From the NCBI RefSeq assembly GCF_000143415.4, contig NW_003314341.1, positions 522,394-586,393 on the forward strand: 64,000 nt of DNA, read 5' to 3'. Shown here piece after piece: positions 13,471-26,046 of the stretch. How positions within the stretch are numbered: the stretch's first letter is position 1; every line of letters begins with the position of its first letter. This stretch comes from Selaginella moellendorffii (taxonomy: Eukaryota > Plantae > Lycopodiophyta). The translations under genes were made by a program, and so were the position numbers. The notes under the pieces are model-generated. The model searched no databases. It was not told where the DNA came from and saw only the letters and a program-made list of their open reading frames with translations.

Positions 13471-14639
13471 TCCCTCGTTCATACAAAAAAATTTGATTGG
13501 GTCTCTGGCTGTGGATTCGAACCTGTGACCTTGCCAATATATTTTTTTATTCTAGCCAGATATCCGGCCATCAAAGTGTACACTAATTGCTTCTTAACGT
13601 ATACCATAATGTAAACAGCGGCGCAAGAGATTTTCGTTTTGGCGCTCAGCGCGTTGCTGCTGTCAAGTTCAAGAAAGAAACCATTCTCTTCTCGATGGAA
13701 TGAAACTCTCACTTTCTCCATGCTCTGGCGAGGCCATGGCAAACAAAACGGGTTGGATGGACTCTGCATCTCAATCTGAGCAAGCAGCTGATGCAGAAGC
13801 TATTTTTGAGAAACAAAGTATAAGTATGCTGCAACAAGAACCAGCAACATCCGTTTAAGATATTGTTCTGGAAGATGGCTTGTCTGAGCTCGAGTTTGAT
13901 TTGATCCAGGCACCCTGGTCCCGGGAATCTATTCTTCACTTGGTTGTCAAAGCTGGAGGTCCATAGGTTTGGATCCTTTCAAATCCTTGGGGCGTGAGAC
14001 TCGGAGCTCCAAGTTTTGATGCCTTTTCTTGGCAATAATGTATTGCTCTGAAACCGTGAAAGCTTACTCACCCGCAAACAAAACTCCAGGGTTGCACCAG
14101 AGATCCAATAAACCTGTGAGAGCCTTGACCAAGCTCAAACTCAATCAGCTGAGAGCAAGCTTTCTCAAAAGTTTCCAAAGAGCAGATATTCTTCCAAACT
14201 TAGTGGTGAAATCTGGTTTCTTTGACAGCCGCAGAAAGGACGAGAGCCTTATAAAACATTCCCACAAGCCGGAGAATTTGCGCCCACAAAAGAAGAAATG
14301 AGCGAGAGCTTACGCCGTTGTTTACATTATGGTGAAGATAAGATATACGTTAAGAGGCAATTAGTGTCCAATTTGGACGGGAAACTGATGGCCAGATATC
14401 TGGCTAGAATAAAGAAACATATTGGCTGGTTCGAATCCACAGCCAGAGACCCAATCAATTTTTTTTGTATGAATGGGCAACCGCGCTTGTTCTTCGCCTT
14501 TGCATCTTGCAAGCTACCGTGCCGGCAAAGCCAAGAGCTAAGACTACAACATCTCCGCGATCATGGAGTACTTAAGATCCTTGAGGCGGAGTTGCTAGCG
14601 TCGAGCCAAATTTCAGCGCTTGAGAATGAAGGAGTGGGG

Positions 14640-14995
14640 AAGAGTCCAATGCTAGTGTATAGCTCCAACGATTCTTCTCGATGCCAGTGTCCGAGCTGCA
14701 ACCGAGTGCCTCAATTGGAAGCCGAATGAGGCTCGAATGTGCTCTTGGCTGGCACAAGTGATCCAGGCCAGGCCAGCAGCGACGACTAGCGTGTGGATGT
14801 CCACCGGATCGGCATTGATAGCTGCCATGAGAAATAATTGGGTGCTCGCCATCGAGAAAAAGAGTGCCAAGGCAACGGGCAAATGCCGCGATCGCAATGT
14901 TCCACGAGAAAGAATCTCGATCCCAGCGCCCACACTTTCCCCTGTGAGGGCGAGATCTGGGAGGGGGAAGGCGCATCCACGAGGAAAATCAATGC
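14640..14995 (-). pseudogene. Short PPR-derived fragment
   Basis: DRDSFSWNIAIAAFAR and IEKNRWSYT motifs. Related sequence at ~11450-11660. Confidence 0.45.
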
Positions 14996-14999
14996 TTTA

Positions 15000-15290
15000 G
15001 TCTTGAGACAATAGCCAACCATGATGCAAGGAATGCTCTTCGGCTCCAATTTTCTGTGACGACTGTTAGAAACTTTTGCATAAGCTTGATTTCTTGGCCA
15101 GAAGTCTCACGACTGTGTAGCGTGAGTAGTCATCAATGAATGTTGAAAAATACCTCATTCCACGATGACTTTGGACATGGAGAGGCCCACACACATCTGT
15201 GTGAACGAGCTCAAGAGGCTGACTGCTCTTGGATTCTGAAAACTTTGGAAATGATGTGCATGCTAACTCTATGACGAACAAAGGTTATTT
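15000..15290 (-). mobile_element. Ty1/copia integrase fragment
   Basis: LELVHTDVCGPLHVQSHRGMRYFSTFIDDYSRYTVV and KLEPKSIPCIMVGY motifs. Confidence 0.85.
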
Positions 15291-15779
15291 CTGATCTATT
15301 TACTAACTGAAGTGTTTATTTCTAGAGAGGGAGAGTTCTAGTTTGTTGGAGTCTCAGATACATAGAATTGCAAAGGGCTCAGGAAGGAGTATTGGCGAGG
15401 TTAAGAAAATGGTGGATCAAGTTAAGCTGTTCTCCAAACAGCTCAAATCATTACACATCAACAAAAAAGATGGCATGCTCAACAATGAAAAACTCCCAAA
15501 AGATGCTATTTGAGAACAAAACAATATGAATGATGAAAGTTAAAGTTTGCATTTGCAGCAAATGGGCATTGCAAGCATTTAAGTATATTCTTCAGGCTCG
15601 AGCCACATTGCCACGATTGCAGCTGGTACTCCTCGGCCTGGATTGCCTCTTGCAATTGTGCTGCAAGCTCGTTGTAGTTGCATATGAAATCGCCCTCACC
15701 CATGGCTCCTTCTCTCACAATGCCCGGCAATTCTGGCGATCGACACAGCAGGCACAAACTGGGGAAATTTCTGCTCAGT

Positions 15780-17075
15780 AGAAGGTTGAAGCAGAGCTAC
15801 AGCCTCCACTCAAGCAATCCTGTCACACCCAAGCAAGAAGATGAAACAGTTACATCATTTGATGACAGCTTCATTTTTCCAGGTTTATTTAATGAACTAG
15901 AGGAGGAGTCTTCACTAGGGCAGCTGTAAATAGAGCCTAGTACTTCCATCGCTACAAGATCTCAGCAAGAAGCCAATCCAATTAACCTTATCAAATTATG
16001 ACATGCAGTGGGTAAGTTAATTATTTATTGCTAGCAGCTTGTGATGCTCAAGACTCTTGCCTCAAATTGTTGTTAGTGATGGGGTAGCTTCTTCCTCAAA
16101 TTGCTGTCAATGATGGAGTAGCTTCTTCCTGAACCATGCACAGTTTGTGCAACTCTCTAATCACCAAAAGTGGAAGGCTGCTATGTAGAAGGAGTAAAAT
16201 CTTGTGATATGTAACATGATGTCAAGTCACTGCTCCAGTGGCATCAAATTTGCACTTGAATAGCCACTTGGTATTGGCAATTTTCCTGCTGGTGGGAGAG
16301 AAACAAGCTCCCAAACGTTGTTACGTGTTAAAGAGTTGTACTCCTCCTGCATAGCAGCCTTCCTGGTGTGATTGAAGAGTTGTACAAACTGTGCGTGGAT
16401 CAAGAGGAAGCTGCTCCATCGACAGCAATTTGAGGTCAAAGTCTTGAGCATCGTGAGTTGCTTGCAATAAATAGCTAACTCCCCCACTGCGTGTGACAGT
16501 TTGATAAGGTTTTGTAGGAATAATTGGATCGACTTCTTGCTGAGATCTTGCAGCCATCTGCTTGTGGCTGCCCTGGTGGAAACTCCTCCTCTGGTTCATC
16601 AAACAAACCTGGAGAAATGAAACCGTCATCAAATGGCATAACTGCTTCATCTTCTTGCTTGGGTGTGACAGGACTAGGCTCGAGTGGAGGCTGCTACTCT
16701 GCTTCGACCTGCTGCTCTGCTTCGACCTGCTGCTGAGGCTGAGGCTGCTGAGCTCGCAGCTGCTGCGCCGTGGACTTGGGGTTACGGCCCAGATGCCCTA
16801 GAAACGTCCTCTTCATCAATGGAGTCTCAGGAATTTTATAACGATGCTTGTAAAGAGATTTCTCATCAAACTTGACATCTCTGCTGATAAGAATTGATCT
16901 GGTGGCCATGTTGTAAAGACGATGTCTCGAGACAATAGCCAACCATGATGCAAGGAATGCTCTTCGGCTCCAATTTTCTGCAATGACTGTTAGAAACTTT
17001 TATCTAAAAACTCGTAGATGTCTCAAGCTGACTTGCTTCCCGGTCCAAAGACGTCTGCAAGAGGCTGGGTAGGCA
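15780..17075. mobile_element. Ty1/copia integrase-to-RT fragments in two orientations (+ 15780-16225; - 16227-17075)
   Basis: LWTGKQVSLRHLRVF, RLYNMATRSILISRDVKFDE and KAAMQEEYNSLTRNNVWELV. The + piece is the reverse complement of ~16340-16700. Confidence 0.8.
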
Positions 17076-17711
17076 CTCGATTGCGAATATAGTCGGCGCG
17101 TTGAAGTCGAAAGCGTGTTCGAAAGGTCTTGCTGATAGCGGGCTTCGGTAGATGTTGGAAGCAAATGTAGGATATATTGGTGTTGTGAAGATCGGTCGGT
17201 ATGGCGAAAATGGTGCTGGTCTGGTGAAGTCTGTGAAGCTGGGCTGGAAACTTGGTCGTTCGTCGTCACTGTAGATCGGGTTAGTGAATGTACCTTTGAA
17301 GTGGTTGTATGCTGCTTGAAAAATGTTTTGTTGCTCGGGCATAGTCTGTGTCGACTGCTCGAATGTTCGGTTGGGCTCGGGCACTTTGGTGGGTGCCGTC
17401 GAGGGTGCTGATTCAGGCTCGGGCACTTCGGTGGGTGCTGTCGAGGGTGCTGCCGGTGGTGTGTCCGGTGGTGTTGTGTAGTTGTCGTATTCTTCGCGGA
17501 TGTCCGATACTGATTCGTCGGAGTTAGCTCGCGGTAATAATTCGTGTCGGATGTAATTCTCTCTCTTGGAGGGTCTAAGAATTTGATTCAACTTCTCTTG
17601 GTCTTTCTTTCTCTTTGTTTCTAAATTCTTCAAATCTCTATCTAAATGTCGGATAAGCTGTTGTCGGTCTTCTTCCGACTTGCTGGATGTTCTTCGTGGT
17701 TTTGGATACAT
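17004..17711 (-). CDS. Orphan Pro/Thr-rich ORF with N-terminal coiled-coil-like stretch; 3' end runs into copia sequence
   Basis: 235-codon open frame from an ATG 8 nt after the upstream stop. Internal repeat APSTAPT(E/K)VPEP. No family recognised. Confidence 0.35.
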   Translation of the reverse strand: MYPKPRRTSSKSEEDRQQLIRHLDRDLKNLETKRKKDQEKLNQILRPSKRENYIRHELLPRANSDESVSDIREEYDNYTTPPDTPPAAPSTAPTEVPEPESAPSTAPTKVPEPNRTFEQSTQTMPEQQNIFQAAYNHFKGTFTNPIYSDDERPSFQPSFTDFTRPAPFSPYRPIFTTPIYPTFASNIYRSPLSARPFEHAFDFNAPTIFAIECLPSLLQTSLDREASQLETSTSF

Positions 17712-17719
17712 GCATTCTT

Positions 17720-18637
17720 CTACTGGTTGTCAGTGTCAGATTTGTGTCTGCAGTCAATCATGCAGTTCGGGCAGAACTTGGGGAAGACTGTCGGTGGGCC
17801 AATTGTTGATAAAGTCGTTGTGAGCTTGTTCTTTCTTTTCAGTGCAAATATCGACGGTGGTGTGTGTTGGGTTGGGTTGTGTTCAGCCGAGTTGTGTTGA
17901 GTCGAGTGTGCTGGTGCAGTATGCAAACTGGTCTTCCACGTGCTGGTGCCGAGATGGAGTTCAATGAAGAGTTTTGGATATTCGGGTTTGTCTGGAATGA
18001 TTTCTTCGATAATGTCGTCGAGTTGTTCGAGTCCGGATTGGGCGATGGCGTGATTGGCGAGAGTTGTTGCAGCGAATGTGTTGATTTCGAACCGAGTTCG
18101 GACTGTTGTTTCAGTGCTGAGCTGCTGACTTTGTCGGAGGGGTTGTCGAAAAATCGGTGGTGCGTTCTGAAGTTGTCCCTCGACAAGTTGTCCGATACCG
18201 GGTAACAGAGTGATGGGTTCGTCGTTGGTGTAGGTTTTGAGGATGTGCTTCGGTATTTGGAGTGGGCGCAGGAATTGGACTTGTGTCGGAACGCTAGGAT
18301 TGCTGGGTCGACGACTGCACAGAAGATGGGTTCGTTTCGGTAGTGGTGTCGGTTTGTGTCGAGGGCGCTGGTTGATGTCTCGAACTTGGAGTGGGTGGTC
18401 TTGTGCTCGGAGATGGAGTTTGCCAATGAAGCTGCTGAGGGCGTTTGCTGATGAAGGTGCTGGTAGATTGGAGTTTCTTGTCAAAGAGAGTCGTTGGTGT
18501 TCTTCATCGGTGATTGGACTTGGAGATCTCGAGAGAGAGCTTGCAGATTCTTCAAAGATCTCCTCTGGAAAGTTTCTGTCTTTACTGCGTTGGGCAGCAA
18601 CCGCTTGGACGCCGTTGATCCATGGTGGCAGTGGCAT
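17720..18637 (-). CDS. Orphan ORF (~305 aa), probably cargo of an unidentified mobile element
   Basis: Uninterrupted frame from ATG 18637 (MPLPPWING...). C-terminal CPNCMIDCRH. Strong strand compositional bias. No family recognised. Confidence 0.35.
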   Translation of the reverse strand: MPLPPWINGVQAVAAQRSKDRNFPEEIFEESASSLSRSPSPITDEEHQRLSLTRNSNLPAPSSANALSSFIGKLHLRAQDHPLQVRDINQRPRHKPTPLPKRTHLLCSRRPSNPSVPTQVQFLRPLQIPKHILKTYTNDEPITLLPGIGQLVEGQLQNAPPIFRQPLRQSQQLSTETTVRTRFEINTFAATTLANHAIAQSGLEQLDDIIEEIIPDKPEYPKLFIELHLGTSTWKTSLHTAPAHSTQHNSAEHNPTQHTPPSIFALKRKNKLTTTLSTIGPPTVFPKFCPNCMIDCRHKSDTDNQ

Positions 18638-19072
18638 TTGCGTGTTGAATTTGGGCAAATGTACGAATTAGGGCGTAATTTGGGTGAATTTGGGCGAGAT
18701 GGGTAGATTTCTGGATCGTTCTTGCTATCTGCGCACAGAGAATGGAGAAAAAATGGAAGAATTTGTGAACCTAAAGGGGAATTCAGAAGCCGTGGTCGCC
18801 AAATGAAGAGGTGAGAAAACCCCTCTTCGCTGGAAATCTATTGTTAGTAAGAAAACAAAAGAGACAATGGCCCGATCTCCAAGGGCAGAGAAGAAGCACG
18901 AGTAAAAGAATGCTATGTATTGATAAGACAAACGATGGAATGGAGATAGGGATCCACAATTTGGATTCCCCCTTTTGAAATGCTAGCGGTTCTAACTGCT
19001 AGCATATACCATATGCTGTGCATGATTTAATCTATGGCTCCGATGCAGCCCTGGGTTCAAAGTCGGAGTCCC

Positions 19073-19420
19073 CTAAACCTTGTTTTTGGTTGAGACAAAA
19101 TCTATGCCTGTAAAGAGAGGGATCAGTATTGCTTTAGTTGTGGTCATTTCTTTGACAATTTCCAGCAGGCTCCAACCCTGATCTTGAATGAACTTTTCTA
19201 CAGCACAGATTTTTCCCTTCCTCTTCTGCTGCTGCAGTCGAGCGGTCATGAGATCTAGAGTCGCGTAGCCTTGCTGCTCGCTGCGTGGTCTTGTTTTGCC
19301 TATGAGATCATCATTTGCTCTGATACCTAATACTCTATTTCCCCATGTAAGTATATACAAGTCTTGTGTCCGCTCATTTCAGCGTCCAGATGAATCTCTT
19401 GCCACCTTGGATTAGACTCT
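19073..19420 (-). mobile_element. Copia 5' end: truncated LTR (~19331-19420), PBS (19317-19327), gag start
   Basis: PBS GGTATCAGAGC (tRNA-iMet). The LTR piece is the reverse complement of ~19845-19915. Copia gag-like IPLFTGIDF follows. Confidence 0.65.
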
Positions 19421-19424
19421 AGGC

Positions 19425-19963
19425 TGGCTATCTACAATCTTTTCTTCCTGGAAGGTGGACTTGTCAGCTGGAGCAGCAAGTGATAAGCAATCACGGCACT
19501 TTCATCCACTGAGGCCGATGCAACAACAGCAGCTCAGGAAGCGAAGTGGATTAAAGATTTTCTGGAGCAGATTGGTGTTCCAGTGCAGCAGCCAGTGACT
19601 TTGTTTTGTGACAATCGAAGTGCACTTGAGTTGTTGAAGAATCTGAAGTTCCATGGCCGCACCAAACACTTCGAGATAAAGGTACATTTTGTTCGAGAGC
19701 AGGTTCTAGCCTGTTTTGACAAAGATATGTTTCAACAAAGCAGATGACAGCAGACATTATGACAAAAGCTTTGAGCAAAGACAAGTTTCAACAACATCAT
19801 GAAGATATACGCATTATAGACTCTCACAGCTGAGTGAGAGTGTGGAGTCTAATCCAAGGTGGAAAGAGATTCATGTGGACGCTGACACAAGACTTCTATA
19901 TATTTACATGGAGAAAATGATAAAGTGGTAGTTAGGGGAAACAGAGTATGTCGAGAACTAACA
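19425..19963 (+). mobile_element. Copia 3' end: RNase H, PPT and short LTR (19841-19963)
   Basis: GLVSWSSK.QAITALSSTEA, LFCDNRSAL and FHGRTKHFEIKVHFVRE, then a purine tract and TGTGGAG...ACTAACA. Confidence 0.8.
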
Positions 19964-20638
19964 GCAGCACCGCCACTAAGATCTGCTGAATTGGGGGCCT
20001 TCAGATGCAATGTAGCATCAGCATTGCTCACATCCGTGTCGCTCATGGTGCTGGCAGTGCTCTCGTCGGACATGTTGCTCCGGAATCCTGTCCTTCGGGC
20101 CCATGATCCCATCGCCCTGAGCGTCCATCGGTCAGAGTCTTCTACCTAGGGAAAGGGACTCTGGATCACGATGATCTTTGGTGGCGAAGCCCCGCTGAAG
20201 AGGCATCTATATATATATATATACTATTTGAGTCAGTGACCATCCGATCATGGCTTATCTACCTAGGGTTTATCACTTGGATCTAACACTTGTTTTGCAA
20301 AATGAAATTGTCCTCCCTTGTTTCTCTTCTGATCTCAAAAGGATACACCTCTTCCTCTACGACCACAACCCTGAATATGATTCATTTCCCTTGTATGTTT
20401 AAGCCTAGTTTTGGAATGAGCAGTTCTCATGGCCAACAGATTCTGGATTATGCATACGATTCTATGATTGGAGACAAACCAACAATTTTATATCCTGCGA
20501 AGTATGAGAAGGGAAAATGGAAGTTGAGATGCGAGGCAAGCAGCAGGGAGAACTTTTCCGACTACCCAAATAGACACCTCAACGAGTTTTTAGATACTCT
20601 TCAGAGCTGGAAAAACAGAACAGAGATCAAGTCGCTCC

Positions 20639-21414
20639 TTACAAACGGCGACCCCTACGACCACCCTTCCTCCTCGTGCTGTCAGTTGGAATCGGAGTCA
20701 CATCCTCTGGAAGATTGAATCCAACTTAGTACCAGTCCGGTGACAAGACAATTTTGTTCTTTTCACGTACCGATTCGGCCGATCTTCATGCCGGAACGAG
20801 CAAGAGCGCGCAGAGCAGACTGTGCGCCGGGTCCGGGCTGTTTTGTTTTGTTACCGCCGGTGGCCCGTAGCTTGATGTGGAGCGCATTGATTCCCAAGTC
20901 CTGGAAAATCGAGCTCACCAAGTTAGAACGCAAAACAAAGGAAAAGAAAACATGATTCGAGAAGAAAGCTCTCACTTTGCATTTGGCAGCGACGTCCTGG
21001 GCTGCGAGCATGGCAGCGTAGGGAGAGGCTTCGTCCCTGTCGGCTTTCACCTTCATGCCACCTAGAAAAACGAAGGCCATCAATCACTTTGAATCTCGGA
21101 AAGGCACTGGTACCTGTGACTCGGGCGAGCGTTTCTTTCCCAGAGAGATCGGTGACGTGCTGGTAGTAACGAAGGAAGAGAGATTTCAGCGATTTCTTGC
21201 AAACAGAGATTCCACAAAACCCTCACCACAAAGGTGTCATTGAAGGAGGCAAAGATGTGCGCCACGCCGAAGACTTGCTCGCCATCGCGCACCGACGGTC
21301 CCAGGGTCACATTCTCCTCTTTCACCTCCTTGGTCCTCTTCTTGCCCGACTGCCAAGATCACACACCCATTAGCATCATCGCCAAGCTCTCTCGCGCCGA
21401 TCGCTACTCACCAT
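20639..21414 (-). CDS. RPS14: 40S ribosomal protein S14 (uS11), 6 exons
   Basis: Exons give M|[31 protein letters not shown]|[16 protein letters not shown]|[24 protein letters not shown]..|..[21 protein letters not shown]|[22 protein letters not shown], with GT-AG introns. Confidence 0.97.
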
Positions 21415-21440
21415 GGTTGCTGCCGCCCGAGCTCCCCGCC

Positions 21441-21511
21441 AAACCCTAAACCTAAACCTAGAAGCCCAGCATCTATACCTTACAACCGTCGGATTGATCC
21501 GACGGCCCAAA
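21441..21511 (-). promoter_or_regulatory. Telo-box and site II element of the RPS14 promoter/leader
   Basis: AAACCCTA plus two AAACCTA at 21441-21460, and GGCCCA at 21504. Both are typical of plant ribosomal-protein promoters. Confidence 0.6.
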
Positions 21512-21549
21512 TTTAAAAATGAGTTTTTGCCCTAAACGAGCTTGCATTT

Positions 21550-23871
21550 TTACACGGTTTGAGCTTGATACAAGACCACATAAGCGGAAGAACTCGCGGG
21601 ATTGACATCGAGAATTTGGCCGGACGCCGCTCTTGCGCGCTCCAAATCGCCATGAACTCTGCAAGATCCAAGCAGCGATGTCCACAGCACAGGATCGCTG
21701 CAAGCCGAGTCTTTCAACATCTCCTGCGCGACTTCGACATGCCCCGATCGTCCCAGCATGTCGAGCACGCAAGCGCTGTGCTCAAGTCGCGGGCTCAGCC
21801 CATAGTCCCTGCTCATCGACGCAAAGTAGTCGCAGCCCTGCTCCACAAACCCGGCATGGTTGCACGCGAAGAGCAGAGTTACCATTGTCACCTCGTCCGG
21901 ATCCACGCCCTCCTGTTGCATCTCTTGGAAGTAAGCCACCGCGTCACTCCAGCGCGAGTGCTGCGCGCTCGCGGTGATCATCCCGTTCCAGGAAACGAAA
22001 TCTCTTGCCTGTGCTCCATGGAACTCGCGAGCAGCGCTGTCCAGTGATCCACATCTCGCGTACATGTTAACGACGGCGTTCCACAGCGCAACCTCCAGCT
22101 CGCCTCCGTCGTGCCGGCGATCGAGAAGCACGCGGGAATGGATCATCCTGCCAGCGGCCAAGTCAGAGCAGCAGTTTAGAAGCGAAACAAGCGTCACCTT
22201 TGTTGGTTTCACCCCTTCGAGCTGCATCCTTGCGAACAGAAGCAAAGCTTGCTCGTTTCTCGCGCGGCTGTCTAGCTCCCCGGCCAGTGCGATGGCCGCA
22301 AGCATTGCACTCCAAGTTACACTGTCGCGCCTTTTCATCCCGTCAAACATCTTCCTCGCGTCCTCTACGCTTCCACACTTGCCATACATGCTCACGACTG
22401 CGTTTGCCACCATTGTGTCACTCTCCAGCCCCCGCTCCACAGTGCAAGAGTGGACAAGCTCCCCGGTGGCCAGAAACTCGGGCGTGGAGCACGCCGAGAG
22501 AGCTGCAACGAAGGAAACCCTGTTGGGAGCGATGCCTTGCAGCTGCATTTGCCTGTAGAGTCGGATGGCCTGCTTCCATTCCCCTGCCTTGGCATTTGCG
22601 GTGATCATCGCCGTCCAGCACACGCAGTTCGTTCGAGCGTTCGTCGCCAGGAGATGGAAGATGGCCTCGGCTTGAGGCAGAGCGGCGCACTTGGCGTACA
22701 TGTTGATCAGCGAAGTTCCAACCACGACGTCGGTCTCGTAGCCGAGCTCCCTGGCACACGCGTGGACGCATTGGCCGACAGCAAAGGTGGCGGGGAGGTC
22801 GGGAGCTAGCGAGCACGAATGCAAAGCCTCCGCAAGCGTGAGCTCGTTCGGAGCCACTCCCTCAAGCAGCATTTGCCTGAAGAGCAGCAAGCACTCGTCA
22901 GCGTCCGCTGCCTTGATCATCGAAGTCCAAGAGACAACATCTTTACGTACCATCTCGGAGAAAACTTGGCGTGCGAGAGGAGAGCTACCGCATCTCCCAT
23001 ACGTGACAATGAGAGCATGGCACACGGCAGGATCAGCAGCAAATCCAGCTTCCAGAGCGCAGCTATGGCAGAAACATCCTTGCGTCAAGTTACTGCAAAG
23101 ACCAAGAACAGTGATAAACACTACCTTGTCCACTCTCAGGCTTCCATCGTTGAGGAAGCTCCAAAAGAGCTCCATTCCCTGTTGCCTCCACACGCTAGCA
23201 TTGCTGCAAGAAGAAGGAAAGGAAGAAGGAAGTGACTGATCTCCTCCAGGATGATCGCCAGTAGCAGCACTGGCATACGTACCCAGCATGGCGCTCCAAG
23301 TGACGATGTTCTTGGTGGCGCTGGGAATGGCGTCAAACACCTCGCGAGCCGCGGCGCTATGGCCGCAAGAGCCATACATGCCCACTAGCGCTGTGGCAAC
23401 GTAAACGTCGTGGTAGAGGATCTGGCCATGGCGGACTTGGAGGAGGAACCGATGGATCCGAGCCCCGGCTTCCACATCCTTGCACGCCTTGAGGATGGAT
23501 CCAAACGTGAAGCTATTGGGCGCTACTCCCTCTTGCTGCATTCTTCCCAGTAGCGCCATCGCTTGATCCCATTGCCCGCGCTGCGAGTAGCCCCAGATGA
23601 GGCTCGTCCACGACACCACGTCTGGAATGGTGCTGCCGCTGCTCCCCATGGATTCTAGCACGCATCGCGCTTCCTCCACGCTGCCACACTTGGCGTACAT
23701 GTCGATCAGTGTGTTGGCGACGAGCGGTGACAATCCAGATTCTTGCTGCCTGTTCTTCGCCAGGAGCATCTGGTGGATGGATCTTCCCAGCGCTAAGTCG
23801 CGCCTGGCGGAGCACTGGTGGAGCAAGCGCACCGCCGCGGCAGCGCTCAGCGACGCGGTTTCCACCGCCAT
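21550..23871 (-). CDS. PLS-class pentatricopeptide repeat protein with E domain (putative organellar RNA-editing factor), intronless
   Basis: Repeated motifs NTLIDMYAKCGSVEEA, DVVSWTSLI and GVAPNxxTF. C-terminal LDMLGRSG...WTSLLGSCRVHGD...AYVVL. No DYW domain. Likely start MAVETAS at 23871. Confidence 0.93.
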   Translation of the reverse strand: MAVETASLSAAAAVRLLHQCSARRDLALGRSIHQMLLAKNRQQESGLSPLVANTLIDMYAKCGSVEEARCVLESMGSSGSTIPDVVSWTSLIWGYSQRGQWDQAMALLGRMQQEGVAPNSFTFGSILKACKDVEAGARIHRFLLQVRHGQILYHDVYVATALVGMYGSCGHSAAAREVFDAIPSATKNIVTWSAMLGTYASAATGDHPGGDQSLPSSFPSSCSNASVWRQQGMELFWSFLNDGSLRVDKVVFITVLGLCSNLTQGCFCHSCALEAGFAADPAVCHALIVTYGRCGSSPLARQVFSEMVRKDVVSWTSMIKAADADECLLLFRQMLLEGVAPNELTLAEALHSCSLAPDLPATFAVGQCVHACARELGYETDVVVGTSLINMYAKCAALPQAEAIFHLLATNARTNCVCWTAMITANAKAGEWKQAIRLYRQMQLQGIAPNRVSFVAALSACSTPEFLATGELVHSCTVERGLESDTMVANAVVSMYGKCGSVEDARKMFDGMKRRDSVTWSAMLAAIALAGELDSRARNEQALLLFARMQLEGVKPTKVTLVSLLNCCSDLAAGRMIHSRVLLDRRHDGGELEVALWNAVVNMYARCGSLDSAAREFHGAQARDFVSWNGMITASAQHSRWSDAVAYFQEMQQEGVDPDEVTMVTLLFACNHAGFVEQGCDYFASMSRDYGLSPRLEHSACVLDMLGRSGHVEVAQEMLKDSACSDPVLWTSLLGSCRVHGDLERARAASGQILDVNPASSSAYVVLYQAQTV

Positions 23872-24066
23872 TCCATCCAGAATCTCAGATATTTCGAGAG
23901 CTTGCCTGCCGACGATCGATCTTCTCCAGTGTTGTGGGCTTCCTTGTGATCGCCATCGACGATCTTCCCTAGCCCGGCACCGGTGGATGGAGCTCGTCTT
24001 CACGATCCCTAGCTAGCAAGGCTAGGGTTTGTAGGTCGCTCGTTGGGATTTCTCTAATCGGCCGCG

Positions 24067-26046
<1,980 letters not shown>

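Noticed and set aside
15500-15780. UVR-motif-like peptide NYNELAAQLQEAIQAEEYQ on the minus strand, possibly linked to 19965-20130
   Set aside because: Too short and frameshifted to assign without a search.
21559-24016. Multiple plus-strand ORFs over the PPR gene, and antisense/alternative-frame ORFs over SRP54, GA3ox and the UGTs
   Set aside because: Shadow ORFs of GC-rich coding sequence with no motifs.
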